Source of the DNA: Candidatus Thorarchaeota archaeon
GTDB taxonomy: Archaea > Asgardarchaeota > Thorarchaeia > Thorarchaeales > Thorarchaeaceae
Direction of reading: 5' to 3'
Length of the DNA stretch: 29,878 nt
Assembly (NCBI GenBank): GCA_011364905.1
Contig: RDNZ01000034.1
Location: forward strand, 1 to 29,878
A program made the translations under genes and the position numbers. Positions 1 through 8,842 of the stretch are shown piece by piece (position 1 is the first letter of the stretch; every line of letters starts with the position of its first letter). The notes below the pieces were generated by a model. It worked only from the letters and a program-made list of their open reading frames with translations, did not search any database and was not told the origin of the DNA.

Positions 1-522
1 CTTATACATAATTTCACGGGAGGTTGTCCAACCATGGGTCCGATTGAAAAAATAAATTGCGTAGAAGAAGTCGTTGGCATCCCCTATCTTTGTTTTGTTC
101 CAGATACTTCCACCGTTTTCCGTATGAAATACTCCTCCAATTGCAGTGACCCAGAGAGTTTCACTGTCGATCGCCGCTATTTGTGCGAATCTCTGGGACT
201 CATTATAGTATTGTTGATACCATGAGTCGCCACTATCATTGGTATGTAGAATTATTCCATGAAGTATACCTGACTCTCTTTGACTCAGAACCCATCCATG
301 TGTTGCATTAACGAACTTAATATCACGTGGTTCTATGTCATTAGAAACGTAGTCCTGATTCAGTGTTTCCCAAGTGGTTTCACTCTGGGTTGGGTTGAAG
401 AAGAAATCATTGAACATAGTCCCTAACATGACTATTCCCGAGGCTGTTGGAGTCAGGATAAGGAAGAAAGCAAAACAGACCATTAGTCCTGGAAATGACC
501 ATCTGATGTACCTTTTCTCCAT
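1..522 (-). CDS. Exported BNR/Asp-box (YCF48-like) beta-propeller protein, 3' end truncated by the window edge; not in the ORF track
   Basis: Manual translation from ATG at 522 is open to base 1: MEKRYIRWSFPGLMVCFAFFLILTPTASG (signal/TM) ... DIKFVNATHGWV ... ILHTNDSGDSW ... VFHTENGGSIW ... IYFFNRTHGW, i.e. repeated F-x-N-x-x-x-GW and T-x-D/N-G/S-G-x-x-W motifs. Confidence 0.85.
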   Translation of the reverse strand, partial: MEKRYIRWSFPGLMVCFAFFLILTPTASGIVMLGTMFNDFFFNPTQSETTWETLNQDYVSNDIEPRDIKFVNATHGWVLSQRESGILHGIILHTNDSGDSWYQQYYNESQRFAQIAAIDSETLWVTAIGGVFHTENGGSIWNKTKIGDANDFFYAIYFFNRTHGWTTSREIMYK

Positions 523-777
523 CACTCCATCACATTCTACTTCATTTAATCTGGCGATGGATGTCCACCGCCACTTGGAAATACGACATATTGTTTGTCA
601 CAACAAGGTAACGATTGTCCCCTGGCGACCACGAATCTCTATATTGTTCTTTTGAGAGGAAGGCTCTGATTAATTTTCTGTGCGAACTTCATTTTGAAGG
701 GTTTAGCTAACCAGTCCTGTTGAACTCGAAAAGCAGCTAGAAAGAGGAAAGTGACAACTCACTATTTTAGGAAGAAG

Positions 778-915
778 TGGTGCGTCCGCCGGGATTCGAA
801 CCCGGGCCGGATCCGTTCTACGGCTCCGAGGGATAAACCCCCGCACTGTGGCAGGGATCCATCATAGCCCCTTAGTCAGGACCTCAGAAATTGAAGCCCT
901 ATAGACAACGGACGC
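778..915 (-). tRNA. tRNA-Gly(GCC) with two introns (D-arm 14/15 at 872..901; canonical 37/38 at 816..848)
   Basis: Reverse complement: acceptor GCGTCCG/CGGACGC-A-CCA, T arm CCGGG-TTCGAAT-CCCGG, anticodon arm GATCC-CT GCC A^C-GGATC. Removing the 30-nt and 33-nt inserts gives a 75-nt cloverleaf. Confidence 0.92.
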
Positions 916-1033
916 ATTTCTTTGAAGCACTGACAACGAGCGCTTCGAAACACACCGCGATAGTGAGCGTTAAAAAGCTTACCAAGGGTATGAGGTAAAA
1001 CTCATTTCATACAAGATAAGATGGAGTTGTGTT

Positions 1034-2116
1034 GTGCTGTCAGAACCGGTTGTTAGCAATAGACTGGAATGGATAGACAACGCAAGAGGCATTGGGATAC
1101 TTACCGTAGTCTTGGTTCATTCGATGATTCCGATGCGCGACAATGCATACCTCTGGGGGGCTGTTTCACTTCTAGGTGGCTTTGCCATTGCTCTGTTTTT
1201 CATCATGGCAGGACTGACATATAATGGTGATAAGTATCGGAACAATCTCAAAGACTATGCCATCTCTCGCGGTCGGCAACTCTTGATTCCATATGTCGCC
1301 TTATACATCATCATGATGATCCTATTTGTCCCTCTCGCTCCTTTTGTTCAGACCAATCTGGCACCTAGTGAGGTCTTCTTCTGGTTCCTTTACGGAGCCG
1401 GGCCGCCCGGTGAAGCCACCTACCTTTGGTTCCTTCCCGTTCTCTATTTTGGCTTGCTTTTCTTCGTTGTAATAGAGAGAGTGACACATTCAATGAATTC
1501 AGTTGTACGATGGCCACTCGTGATCTTACTTCCAGTTCTAGCATTCTGGATTACAGATGCCTTCTCTCCGATGCTTGTCCCTTGGCGTGTGAACAGTGTC
1601 CTCATTGCAACTGCATTTTGTATCATAGGCTATGAGATACGAAACTACAGACATCTACGACCTTGGCGAACGAAATCGAAAGTGTTTGATTTCGTCGTCT
1701 TCATAGCTCTCTCGGCAGTCCTCTTCGTCGCCTCTCAGTACAATGGTTTCTTCGATTTTGTCGAAGACAGTTTTGGTAAGAATGCTTGGCTCTATCTCAT
1801 AACTGGCACCTCTGGCACGATAATGGTATTCATGTTGTCAAGTCTGTTCAAGAATAAAGGGATCCAGTTTCTTGGCGTGAACTCCCAAGTGATCTATGAG
1901 ATACATCCAGTTTTCTTCTATCTTGCGCCAGCATTGATGCTTCTGCTTGGATGGTCGCTTGCGGCCTATGATGCCTCTATCACTCTGTTCTGGCCGCTAA
2001 AGTTTCTACTTGGAATTGGACTTTCAATACCTTTTGCCATGCTCGTCCTGAGAAACAGAGTTCTATCACTGATCTTCACGGGAAAGCCCATTGCACAAGA
2101 TCATGCTCTATTATAG
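1034..2116 (+). CDS. Acyltransferase family 3 (OafA/YrhL-like) multi-pass membrane O-acyltransferase
   Basis: N-terminal R-x-x-W-I-D-x-A-R-G-I-G-I...V-H motif; ALFFIMAG, LLIPY and LWFLPVL motifs; about 10 hydrophobic segments. Confidence 0.85.
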   Translation: MLSEPVVSNRLEWIDNARGIGILTVVLVHSMIPMRDNAYLWGAVSLLGGFAIALFFIMAGLTYNGDKYRNNLKDYAISRGRQLLIPYVALYIIMMILFVPLAPFVQTNLAPSEVFFWFLYGAGPPGEATYLWFLPVLYFGLLFFVVIERVTHSMNSVVRWPLVILLPVLAFWITDAFSPMLVPWRVNSVLIATAFCIIGYEIRNYRHLRPWRTKSKVFDFVVFIALSAVLFVASQYNGFFDFVEDSFGKNAWLYLITGTSGTIMVFMLSSLFKNKGIQFLGVNSQVIYEIHPVFFYLAPALMLLLGWSLAAYDASITLFWPLKFLLGIGLSIPFAMLVLRNRVLSLIFTGKPIAQDHALL

Positions 2117-3178
2117 ACCAGTTCGCTTTCTTATGGAGAGGACCCGAAAGGTTGACTCGACCTCAATTGCATTTGTTCTACCTTGTCGAGCATCAAAGGC
2201 CATGTACTCCCCTCCAACCCAATACCCTTTCCCGCTTTCAGGTAACCACTTCTCAGGAAAAGAGTAAGTGCCCATCTCGGTTCTGAACTCCTCAAGTTGT
2301 TTCATTGAATTCTGGAACCACTGGCTCTCCTTAATTATCCTGAAGGGGGCCAGAGCCTCAAGCAGAAGCAGCATCTCTCCAAACTCCCTGCCCTGAGGTG
2401 CTTGAGAATAGCCAGGGAGGTGAGCTGCGGGTCCCAACACATAGTAGCTTGTTCCATACCTAGCAAGACCATAGCTCCACGGAAGGTTCTGGTATTCGGG
2501 TGTGAGAACCATCTTCAGAATTTCCTCTACTTGATTCCGTTGTTGATCATTCTCCAGCACAGGTTCAAGATGACTGAATGCATAGACATCATGAATCCAT
2601 GGAAGTGCAAACTGCTGGTTCGGATAGAGCTGTGGGTTGACAAGTTCGTGTTTCTCGAGTCCCTTGGGAATGCCGGTGTGCTCCGTTCTGTCAACATAGA
2701 CTTGCGAGAAATCTGGATCCTTTGCAAACTGATAGACCGTGTTTAAACGCGAGAGCACCTGCTTATTTACAGCCTCTACCATGTGATATCCTGCACGTGC
2801 TAGAACTGATGCTACCAGTGTTCTCTTGAACACTTCATGAGCCTCAAGGGGCACTTTATCAACATTCTCTGACAACCAGACTCTGGAGAACAGGGTCATG
2901 TTATCGAAAGGCTGAAGTCCAGCACGCCAACCTAGTTGGACCAGTTTTGAAATAACGTTCTCAAACGCGTTTGGTTTTCCCGAATGCACATCATTGAGTG
3001 CCAAACCGTGATGAATGAGACTGAGCCACTTCACTACCTCTGGGCTCTCGATCATTTCATTGAGTGATTTCAATACAACGCCAACATCTTGTTCCTTGAT
3101 GATATCAACAAGGGTCCTGAATCTGATGATTGGTCCTCCGTTGTCTAGGAGCCAATACGCCAAGTCTTTTTCATCCAT
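2111..3178 (-). CDS. Hypothetical protein, possibly prenyltransferase/squalene-cyclase-like alpha barrel
   Basis: 355-aa ORF; the N-terminal WLL-x-x-G-G-P-x-I-R-F-R-T-L-x-D motif resembles that family from memory; fold call is weak. Confidence 0.55.
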   Translation of the reverse strand: MDEKDLAYWLLDNGGPIIRFRTLVDIIKEQDVGVVLKSLNEMIESPEVVKWLSLIHHGLALNDVHSGKPNAFENVISKLVQLGWRAGLQPFDNMTLFSRVWLSENVDKVPLEAHEVFKRTLVASVLARAGYHMVEAVNKQVLSRLNTVYQFAKDPDFSQVYVDRTEHTGIPKGLEKHELVNPQLYPNQQFALPWIHDVYAFSHLEPVLENDQQRNQVEEILKMVLTPEYQNLPWSYGLARYGTSYYVLGPAAHLPGYSQAPQGREFGEMLLLLEALAPFRIIKESQWFQNSMKQLEEFRTEMGTYSFPEKWLPESGKGYWVGGEYMAFDARQGRTNAIEVESTFRVLSIRKRTGL

Positions 3179-3269
3179 GCTTTAGCAATTGGTATTCTCC
3201 CCATAAGTAATCTATGCAAATAGGACAGAGTTAAGAACATCTGCTCCAACTGGCATCTTGGTGCTTAGG

Positions 3270-3971
3270 ATGGTTGATGCAGACCTGAAGAAACGCATCA
3301 TGCAGGATATCTATGAGAATAGGATGCTTCTGACAGCTGTTCGCGACCGGCCTGAGGGCTGGACCCTGCATTCCGGACAGTGGAGTCCCTTTTACATCCA
3401 ACTCCGGATACTGTCTTCCTTTCCGCAGACATTGAAAATGATTGGATCCGCCATGGGCACTTTGGTGAAAGAAGAAGCAGCACACATCAATAGGCTTGTT
3501 GGTATCGCATTTGCTGGGATACCAATCACAACAGCGATGTCCCTTTCAACAGGAATCCCTGCTTGCCACACGCGGAAAGTTGAGGGCGTCAGAACCGAGG
3601 ATGAGCTTAGAGATGCCATAGGCAAATATGGTCAACATAGTCTGCTTGAGGGAGAGGTCTGCGATGGTGATGCAATTTGTCTTGTTGATGACCTTGTCAC
3701 CGGGATGGAGAGCAAGCTAGTGGCTCGGAAACAGGTTGTTACAGAACTCGAGAGACGAGGTATAGGAAACTACACCATTGATGATATCGCAGTGGTTATT
3801 GACCGTCAACAAGGCGCGCGAGCCCGCGCAAACGAGTTCAAGATCAAACTCCATTCGCTCATTGATTTGGTCGATGATGGACTCTCTCTGATTAAGGACA
3901 AAATGTCTGCTGAGGAGTTCAACATGGTTTCAGGCTATCTGTTAAATCCAGCTGACTTCAGGAAGCCCTGA
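3270..3971 (+). CDS. pyrE: Orotate phosphoribosyltransferase (type I PRTase)
   Basis: TLHSGQWSPFYIQLR hood motif, GIAFAGIP, TRK, and PRPP-binding LVDDLVTG; ATG at 3270 preferred over TTG at 3258. Confidence 0.8.
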   Translation: MVDADLKKRIMQDIYENRMLLTAVRDRPEGWTLHSGQWSPFYIQLRILSSFPQTLKMIGSAMGTLVKEEAAHINRLVGIAFAGIPITTAMSLSTGIPACHTRKVEGVRTEDELRDAIGKYGQHSLLEGEVCDGDAICLVDDLVTGMESKLVARKQVVTELERRGIGNYTIDDIAVVIDRQQGARARANEFKIKLHSLIDLVDDGLSLIKDKMSAEEFNMVSGYLLNPADFRKP

Positions 3972-4021
3972 ATGCACCACAGAAACTCATTTCTTGGCTA
4001 TTGCTCAATCTCTTCACTCCG

Positions 4022-4471
4022 ATGAGTCATAAGAACCCACTAGATCCCCTGTTGAACATAGCAATGGCCATGTCCACACGTCACTATGAATACTACATTG
4101 AAACAGCAGAACAGGTCCAGACGCCAAAAGTGAAGGCTCTGCTCAATGTCTTGGCTGATACTGAGCGAGACCTGATCGCACACATACGTCACATGATGGT
4201 CACAGGTATCCTTGATGAGATTGAGGTCTTAGAACGAGTCCCGACAGACGGGGCACCAGATGACTCACCAATCGCACCCGAGCGGATTGACACAGACCCG
4301 AGAATCTTCGTGTGCAACAAGGCACTGGAACAAGAGATTAAGGGCTATACTTTCTATCTATCTCTTGCAGCTCGTGCGAAGACTGAGGTTGCCAGTCGTC
4401 TTTTTGAGTATCTGGCCTTTGTGAAATCCCAACAGATCGAGCAAATTAGAAAGGTTTGCATGACATTTTAG
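4022..4471 (+). CDS. Ferritin/rubrerythrin-like four-helix protein, paralog 1 (degenerate di-iron ligands)
   Basis: Pattern A-M...YEYY...A...VKALL..LA.TE and ALEQE..GY.FY..LA...RLFEYLA typical of rubrerythrin-like helices. Confidence 0.7.
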   Translation: MSHKNPLDPLLNIAMAMSTRHYEYYIETAEQVQTPKVKALLNVLADTERDLIAHIRHMMVTGILDEIEVLERVPTDGAPDDSPIAPERIDTDPRIFVCNKALEQEIKGYTFYLSLAARAKTEVASRLFEYLAFVKSQQIEQIRKVCMTF

Positions 4472-4540
4472 CGCGAAAAGCCAATCAATTGGGTTCAGAA
4501 TAGAAAGTGATTTCTTCTTTTGCTACATATTTGCACTACA

Positions 4541-5014
4541 ATGAGCGAAGCGACCCCCCATCAACATCTGCTAAAGCTTGCCTTGACGACCACAGCTAAT
4601 CAGTATGATTTCTATCTGAAGGCCGCCAACGCTGCTGAAACACCACAGGTCAAAGCCCTTCTCATGGTCCTTGCTGATACAGAGGGTGAACTCATCGAGA
4701 GAATTAGGCTTATGATGACAACTGGAATCCTAGATGTTGTTGAAGAAGTGGCCAAGGAAAACTTCACCTACGAAGATCCTGACGCTACGCCTTTCGGACT
4801 GGACAGGACGCCATTCTCCGAGTCGAACATCGATACTGACCCAAGGTTGTATGTCTGTAACCGCGCGCTTGAGATGGAGTTTGAAGGATTTACATTTTAC
4901 AAGTCAATAAGCTCTCGTGCAAAGTCCGAGCTGATTAGACGAGTCTTTGACTATCTCGCATACATCAAGTCCCGACAGATTGAGAGGATCCGCCGGGTCT
5001 GTGTCACTTTTTGA
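4541..5014 (+). CDS. Ferritin/rubrerythrin-like four-helix protein, paralog 2
   Basis: Clear similarity to the upstream ORF: TPxVKALLxVLADTE, MMxTGILD, IDTDPRxxVCNxALE, IRxVCxTF. Confidence 0.7.
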   Translation: MSEATPHQHLLKLALTTTANQYDFYLKAANAAETPQVKALLMVLADTEGELIERIRLMMTTGILDVVEEVAKENFTYEDPDATPFGLDRTPFSESNIDTDPRLYVCNRALEMEFEGFTFYKSISSRAKSELIRRVFDYLAYIKSRQIERIRRVCVTF

Positions 5015-5176
5015 AAGGATACTCAGTCGTGCATTTCGGCCTATATGCGACCAGTTAGTAGCATCCACAGTACAGTGCAGACGATTTCTGCTTTAGTTCT
5101 CCAGAATCATGTATAGCAGTGAGCTGGTTGAGGTTGTTCGATGTGGCAAGTAAAGCTTAGAGAATGATAGAAGTAG

Positions 5177-5212
5177 TTAGAACACGTGTTCTAATGATTT
5201 GTTTAGACAAAT
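5177..5212. promoter_or_regulatory. Two adjacent palindromes (candidate operators) upstream of a TATA box
   Basis: Perfect 18-bp TTAGAACACGTGTTCTAA (5177-5194) and near-perfect 16-bp ATTTGTTTAGACAAAT (5197-5212); TTTATATATAA at 5240-5250. Confidence 0.6.
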
Positions 5213-5361
5213 AACGTAAAAAATAGATAATTAGAAATATTTATATATAATTGAGTATATTATATAGACAGTGGCCGGGAGGCCGCAAACAAGAGGACAC
5301 TCCGACTCGAAAATAGGCTCCAATCTCCATCGGAAATGAAGGGGATATGTCCTAGGTCTGA

Positions 5362-5727
5362 TTGTCCAACGGCGAGATGGAAATTATGACCACCGAACAG
5401 AACGTATTCATTCCCCCTGTGCAGCTAACCAAACTGTCCGACTTTCAGGATGCTGCAAATGAGGCTGCACTGATTGTCTATAGCCCAGAGTACTTTCAGA
5501 GTCCCTTCTTGGATGATCACAAGAGGCTCAGAAGGCTCACTCTGACTGCAGTTGGTGTAGAGCGGAAAGGCATACCACTCACTTTTCGTTACATTCTTGA
5601 TGATGTTCGAGATATTGACAAGATAGCATCAGAGATACTTGATGACCTTGAACTACGTGGTAATGTTGTACTGGGATCTGTAGAACGCAGCAATCCCCTC
5701 GGCGAAATGCTAGCCGCATGGCCTTGA
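5362..5727 (+). CDS. Hypothetical protein
   Basis: 121-aa ORF behind a strong AT-rich promoter; true start may be ATG 5377 or 5386. Confidence 0.65.
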   Translation: MSNGEMEIMTTEQNVFIPPVQLTKLSDFQDAANEAALIVYSPEYFQSPFLDDHKRLRRLTLTAVGVERKGIPLTFRYILDDVRDIDKIASEILDDLELRGNVVLGSVERSNPLGEMLAAWP

Positions 5728-5824
5728 AGAGCATCTAGACTTGCATTCGTAATTGCTAGATGAAACCATCTCGCATCTACCGATACTCCTTTTTGCGAAT
5801 TTGCATGAATAAGAATGAATAGAA

Positions 5825-6346
5825 TTGACCAAGCCAGAACCAGTCGAAAAGATAGTACCGCGCATTATGCGGCAATACTCAGAGCGCCCTCGGGGTTGGC
5901 GTATCATGAGCACTCCTCGAGGGGAGATGCTGGTTCTCAGTTCTGACTCGGCTTTTCAGCTGAAGCTCATACCTCTCAATCCCTACGAATTTACTGGAGC
6001 AGGAGTTGAGCTTCCAGAATCAAGTGATGCGGTAGACTCAATCCGGTCTTCTCCTGAGTTTGGACTTCGCCCTCTCAGTGAGTCTGACCTGCGAGGAATA
6101 ATGAATTCCATCACAGGTGAGGAGGGTCCAAAGCTTAGTCTTGATGACATCCTGAAGCGAACACCTCGCGCTCCTGAGGACCTATCCACTGAGTTGCCCT
6201 CTCCAGTTCTCCAGGGGCCAGTCCTCATGAGGCCCGACTTAGGATCATTGAGTCCAGAGATTCTGAAGAGACAGTTGAGTCTGGACAGGTCTGCAGAGAA
6301 GACATTCAGGAAGAAGTATCCTGAACGTGCTAGTATGTACCTCTAG
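5825..6346 (+). CDS. Hypothetical protein
   Basis: 173-aa ORF, co-oriented with the previous gene; no recognisable motif. Confidence 0.65.
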   Translation: MTKPEPVEKIVPRIMRQYSERPRGWRIMSTPRGEMLVLSSDSAFQLKLIPLNPYEFTGAGVELPESSDAVDSIRSSPEFGLRPLSESDLRGIMNSITGEEGPKLSLDDILKRTPRAPEDLSTELPSPVLQGPVLMRPDLGSLSPEILKRQLSLDRSAEKTFRKKYPERASMYL

Positions 6347-6404
6347 ATCGTGCCCACCATATAGCTCACTCTGAATGATTCTGATTAAGATTTCACGAGT
6401 TTAC

Positions 6405-6641
6405 CTACTTAGTGAAGAATTCTTCTTGATGCTGTTTTTCTTGTCTTTTCTTGAAGTCTCTTCGAATCTTATCGATATCCGATTGTATACAAAAGTGCTC
6501 GACATGTCCACAGACAAGGCAAACATAAGCCTCACACGCTACGTGGGCAAACACTCCATACCAAACAATCTCCCTTGTTCCATATGGCCCGGCTAGATGT
6601 TCACTTCCACAGGATGTACAGATCTTCTTCAATTCATCCAA
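6405..6641 (-). CDS. Small zinc-ribbon protein
   Basis: CTSCGS...CLVCGHVEHF (two CxxC pairs); GGGGTGA Shine-Dalgarno upstream of TTG at 6641. The longer annotated start runs into a tRNA repeat. Confidence 0.7.
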   Translation of the reverse strand: MDELKKICTSCGSEHLAGPYGTREIVWYGVFAHVACEAYVCLVCGHVEHFCIQSDIDKIRRDFKKRQEKQHQEEFFTK

Positions 6642-6714
6642 CCGAAAATCACCCCTTCGGTTAGTAATTACGCATGAAAGAGTATAAACTATCACTCTGA
6701 CTACTGAGAAGAAG

Positions 6715-6756
6715 TGGTGAGCTGGACGTGATTTGAACACGTGACCACCGCACTGT
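6715..6756 (-). repeat. Duplicated 3' half of tRNA-Val(GAC), from the anticodon loop to CCA (att-like)
   Basis: tggtgagctggacgtgatttgaacacgtgaccaccgcactgt is 40/42 identical to 8652-8693. Confidence 0.95.
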
Positions 6757-6848
6757 TAACTAGTTTTCATCTTGCATATCTTTGAGATTCAGACGAATTC
6801 ATATATTTTTTATATCCGATTTTCCATCAAATTTCTGAGGGTCTAGTT

Positions 6849-7610
6849 ATGTCACGTGCTGGAGCAAGTTTGTGTGTCGAGGGTTTTGGTAAAATAGTGA
6901 ACATACTAGTAGCATTCGTTGCTGTCTTTTGGTTGCTATTGAAAGCAATCATACAGATGGATGCTTGGCTTCTCGCTCCCTATGATGTTCCTGTTTCAGT
7001 TCTATTTACAGGATTTCTAATACTAGCCTCTGCAAAAGTCATGGAAAAAAAATCTACCCTTTTTTCTATTGTTATGATCGCTATAGGGATTATTATGCAA
7101 GGAGTTGTAATATTCTATGGTCTTTCTTCTACAAGTTTCATTAATGCTGCAGTTCTGGAACCATTCTTTGTAGCGATCTATATCTATTGGTCAGTCATTC
7201 TTGGTCACAACATAGCGAAATCTAGTGGAATTAGTGAATCATCAACTCCAATGGAGCGACTTCCACCATTTGTGTTAGCAGTAATAGGCGCAGTGGGCTT
7301 GTACATCAATCTTCCCTACCTTGTATCAGCATACTTCGTTCCTAGTTATCCTCCATATACTATTCCTGTTGCAAGTCTGCTGACATCACTTATTCTCATT
7401 GGCGCTAGTATGATGTCGCTTCGTTCTCATTCGATTTACTGGATTCTATTCTTCATGGGACTTGGAATCTCTATTGCACCGTATTTTCTGCCTGCAGTTC
7501 TCTCAATGCCATACTACGGCCTGATTTGGTTCGTCGGAGATATCATGTACAAGTTCTTTGGAGTAGCTGCAGTTGCCTATGTTACTCCACCACCAAAATA
7601 CTCGGGGTAG
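6849..7610 (+). CDS. Multi-pass membrane protein (cassette gene between tRNA-Val repeats)
   Basis: 253 aa, about 8 hydrophobic segments; visibly AT-richer than the core genes. Confidence 0.75.
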   Translation: MSRAGASLCVEGFGKIVNILVAFVAVFWLLLKAIIQMDAWLLAPYDVPVSVLFTGFLILASAKVMEKKSTLFSIVMIAIGIIMQGVVIFYGLSSTSFINAAVLEPFFVAIYIYWSVILGHNIAKSSGISESSTPMERLPPFVLAVIGAVGLYINLPYLVSAYFVPSYPPYTIPVASLLTSLILIGASMMSLRSHSIYWILFFMGLGISIAPYFLPAVLSMPYYGLIWFVGDIMYKFFGVAAVAYVTPPPKYSG

Positions 7611-7658
7611 GATGAAACGATGGTTCGTGGAAAGGATATCTCCGGACGTTGAAGTAAG

Positions 7659-7679
7659 TGGTGAGCCGGACGTGATTTG
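7659..7679 (-). repeat. Duplicated 3' end of tRNA-Val(GAC), from the T-loop to CCA
   Basis: tggtgagccggacgtgatttg is 20/21 identical to 8652-8672. Confidence 0.9.
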
Positions 7680-7746
7680 CTGGTTGTATGCTGCGATGTA
7701 GTCCAAGAATCAGTATGTAATGAATGCCACATGGATGACTTTTGCC

Positions 7747-8544
7747 TCACTTCACACCCAAGGCGAACAGAACAGATTTCCTAAATGTCACTCCCTTCTC
7801 CTCTGTCAAGTGTTTTCCCAATGTGTCTAAAGCGGTTTGATATAGTTCATCTAAGCCGGGGCGCTCATCAATGGGTATAGATTCAATGGTATATTGCCAA
7901 CCATAATTCATCATTTGGTGCCACCAATCATGAACCGAAGGATAAACGTAATCGAGATCAAATGTAATGATATCACAGCTGCTAAACTCTGCGTTGGACA
8001 TAATCACATCCCATCCTGCTCTTGTTTCCTTTGAATATCCCACAGGCGCTGAGGGAAGATATGGTTGAACAAGTTTCATAATCCATTCTGAGTCTTCCTG
8101 GAATAACCACGTACTGATTCCCACTTTTCCCCCAGCCCTAAGAACGCGCAGGATTTCGCTCATCACAAGATCTTGATATTTGTATTCATTCTTCTCAAAA
8201 TCGTAACGACGTCCCCAACCTATGAATCCACTCACTATATAATCGAAACTTGCATCGTTAAAGGACATCTCTTCGGCACTCATGACTTGAACTGAAGCAT
8301 TGGAAATACCACACCGTTTAAGCTCAGCAGTAATGTTTTCAACACTCTTCTCCCTTTTGTCTATTCCAGTCACTTGGCCTGTTTTTCCTACTTTCTCCAG
8401 TGCAGGAAACAGCGTGGAGCCTCCCCCAGTTCCAACATCCAATACGTGAGAACCTTTCCTGATCTCGAGCATGTCTACAAGACGATTGCCTAAGACATCC
8501 CAGTAATAGCCCCATGTTGTGGGCTTGTTTCTCAATGGCATCAT
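7747..8544 (-). CDS. Class I SAM-dependent methyltransferase (UbiE/Methyltransf_11-like), cassette gene
   Basis: VLDVGTGGG motif I, VTGID, SFNDASFDYIV, EILRVLRAGG. Confidence 0.88.
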   Translation of the reverse strand: MMPLRNKPTTWGYYWDVLGNRLVDMLEIRKGSHVLDVGTGGGSTLFPALEKVGKTGQVTGIDKREKSVENITAELKRCGISNASVQVMSAEEMSFNDASFDYIVSGFIGWGRRYDFEKNEYKYQDLVMSEILRVLRAGGKVGISTWLFQEDSEWIMKLVQPYLPSAPVGYSKETRAGWDVIMSNAEFSSCDIITFDLDYVYPSVHDWWHQMMNYGWQYTIESIPIDERPGLDELYQTALDTLGKHLTEEKGVTFRKSVLFALGVK

Positions 8545-8651
8545 AGATAACCATCAAAAAGAGCGGCTAGGAGTTCGATAATAGCATTATGAACAAAGCA
8601 GAATATATTCACACCTGCTTTGATTGAATTACTTGCATCCAAATGAGAAAG

Positions 8652-8729
8652 TGGTGGGCCGGACGTGATTTGAACACGTGACCACCGCACTGTCAATGCG
8701 GTATCATAGCCGGGCTAGACCACCGGCCC
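8652..8729 (-). tRNA. tRNA-Val(GAC)
   Basis: Reverse complement GGGCCGG-TG-GTCTAGCCCGGCTATGAT-A-CCGCA TT GAC AG TGCGG-TGGTC-ACGTG TTCAAAT CACGT-CCGGCCC-A-CCA. Confidence 0.97.
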
Positions 8730-8842
8730 AGTGAGGTCTTTGTCCTCTGCTGCCGATTAAAAACATTGCGACAACACCGACATGAATCCAGAGAATCCTG
8801 AAAAAAATCTAATGTGAGTGTTTCACTTACCGATTGTACTCA

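Noticed and set aside
34-655. Plus-strand ORFs 34..225 and 374..655
   Set aside because: Shadows of the minus-strand BNR-repeat gene at 1..522
545-690. Short start-less open frame on the minus strand downstream of tRNA-Gly
   Set aside because: No convincing start, motif or flanking repeat; possibly a remnant but unsupported
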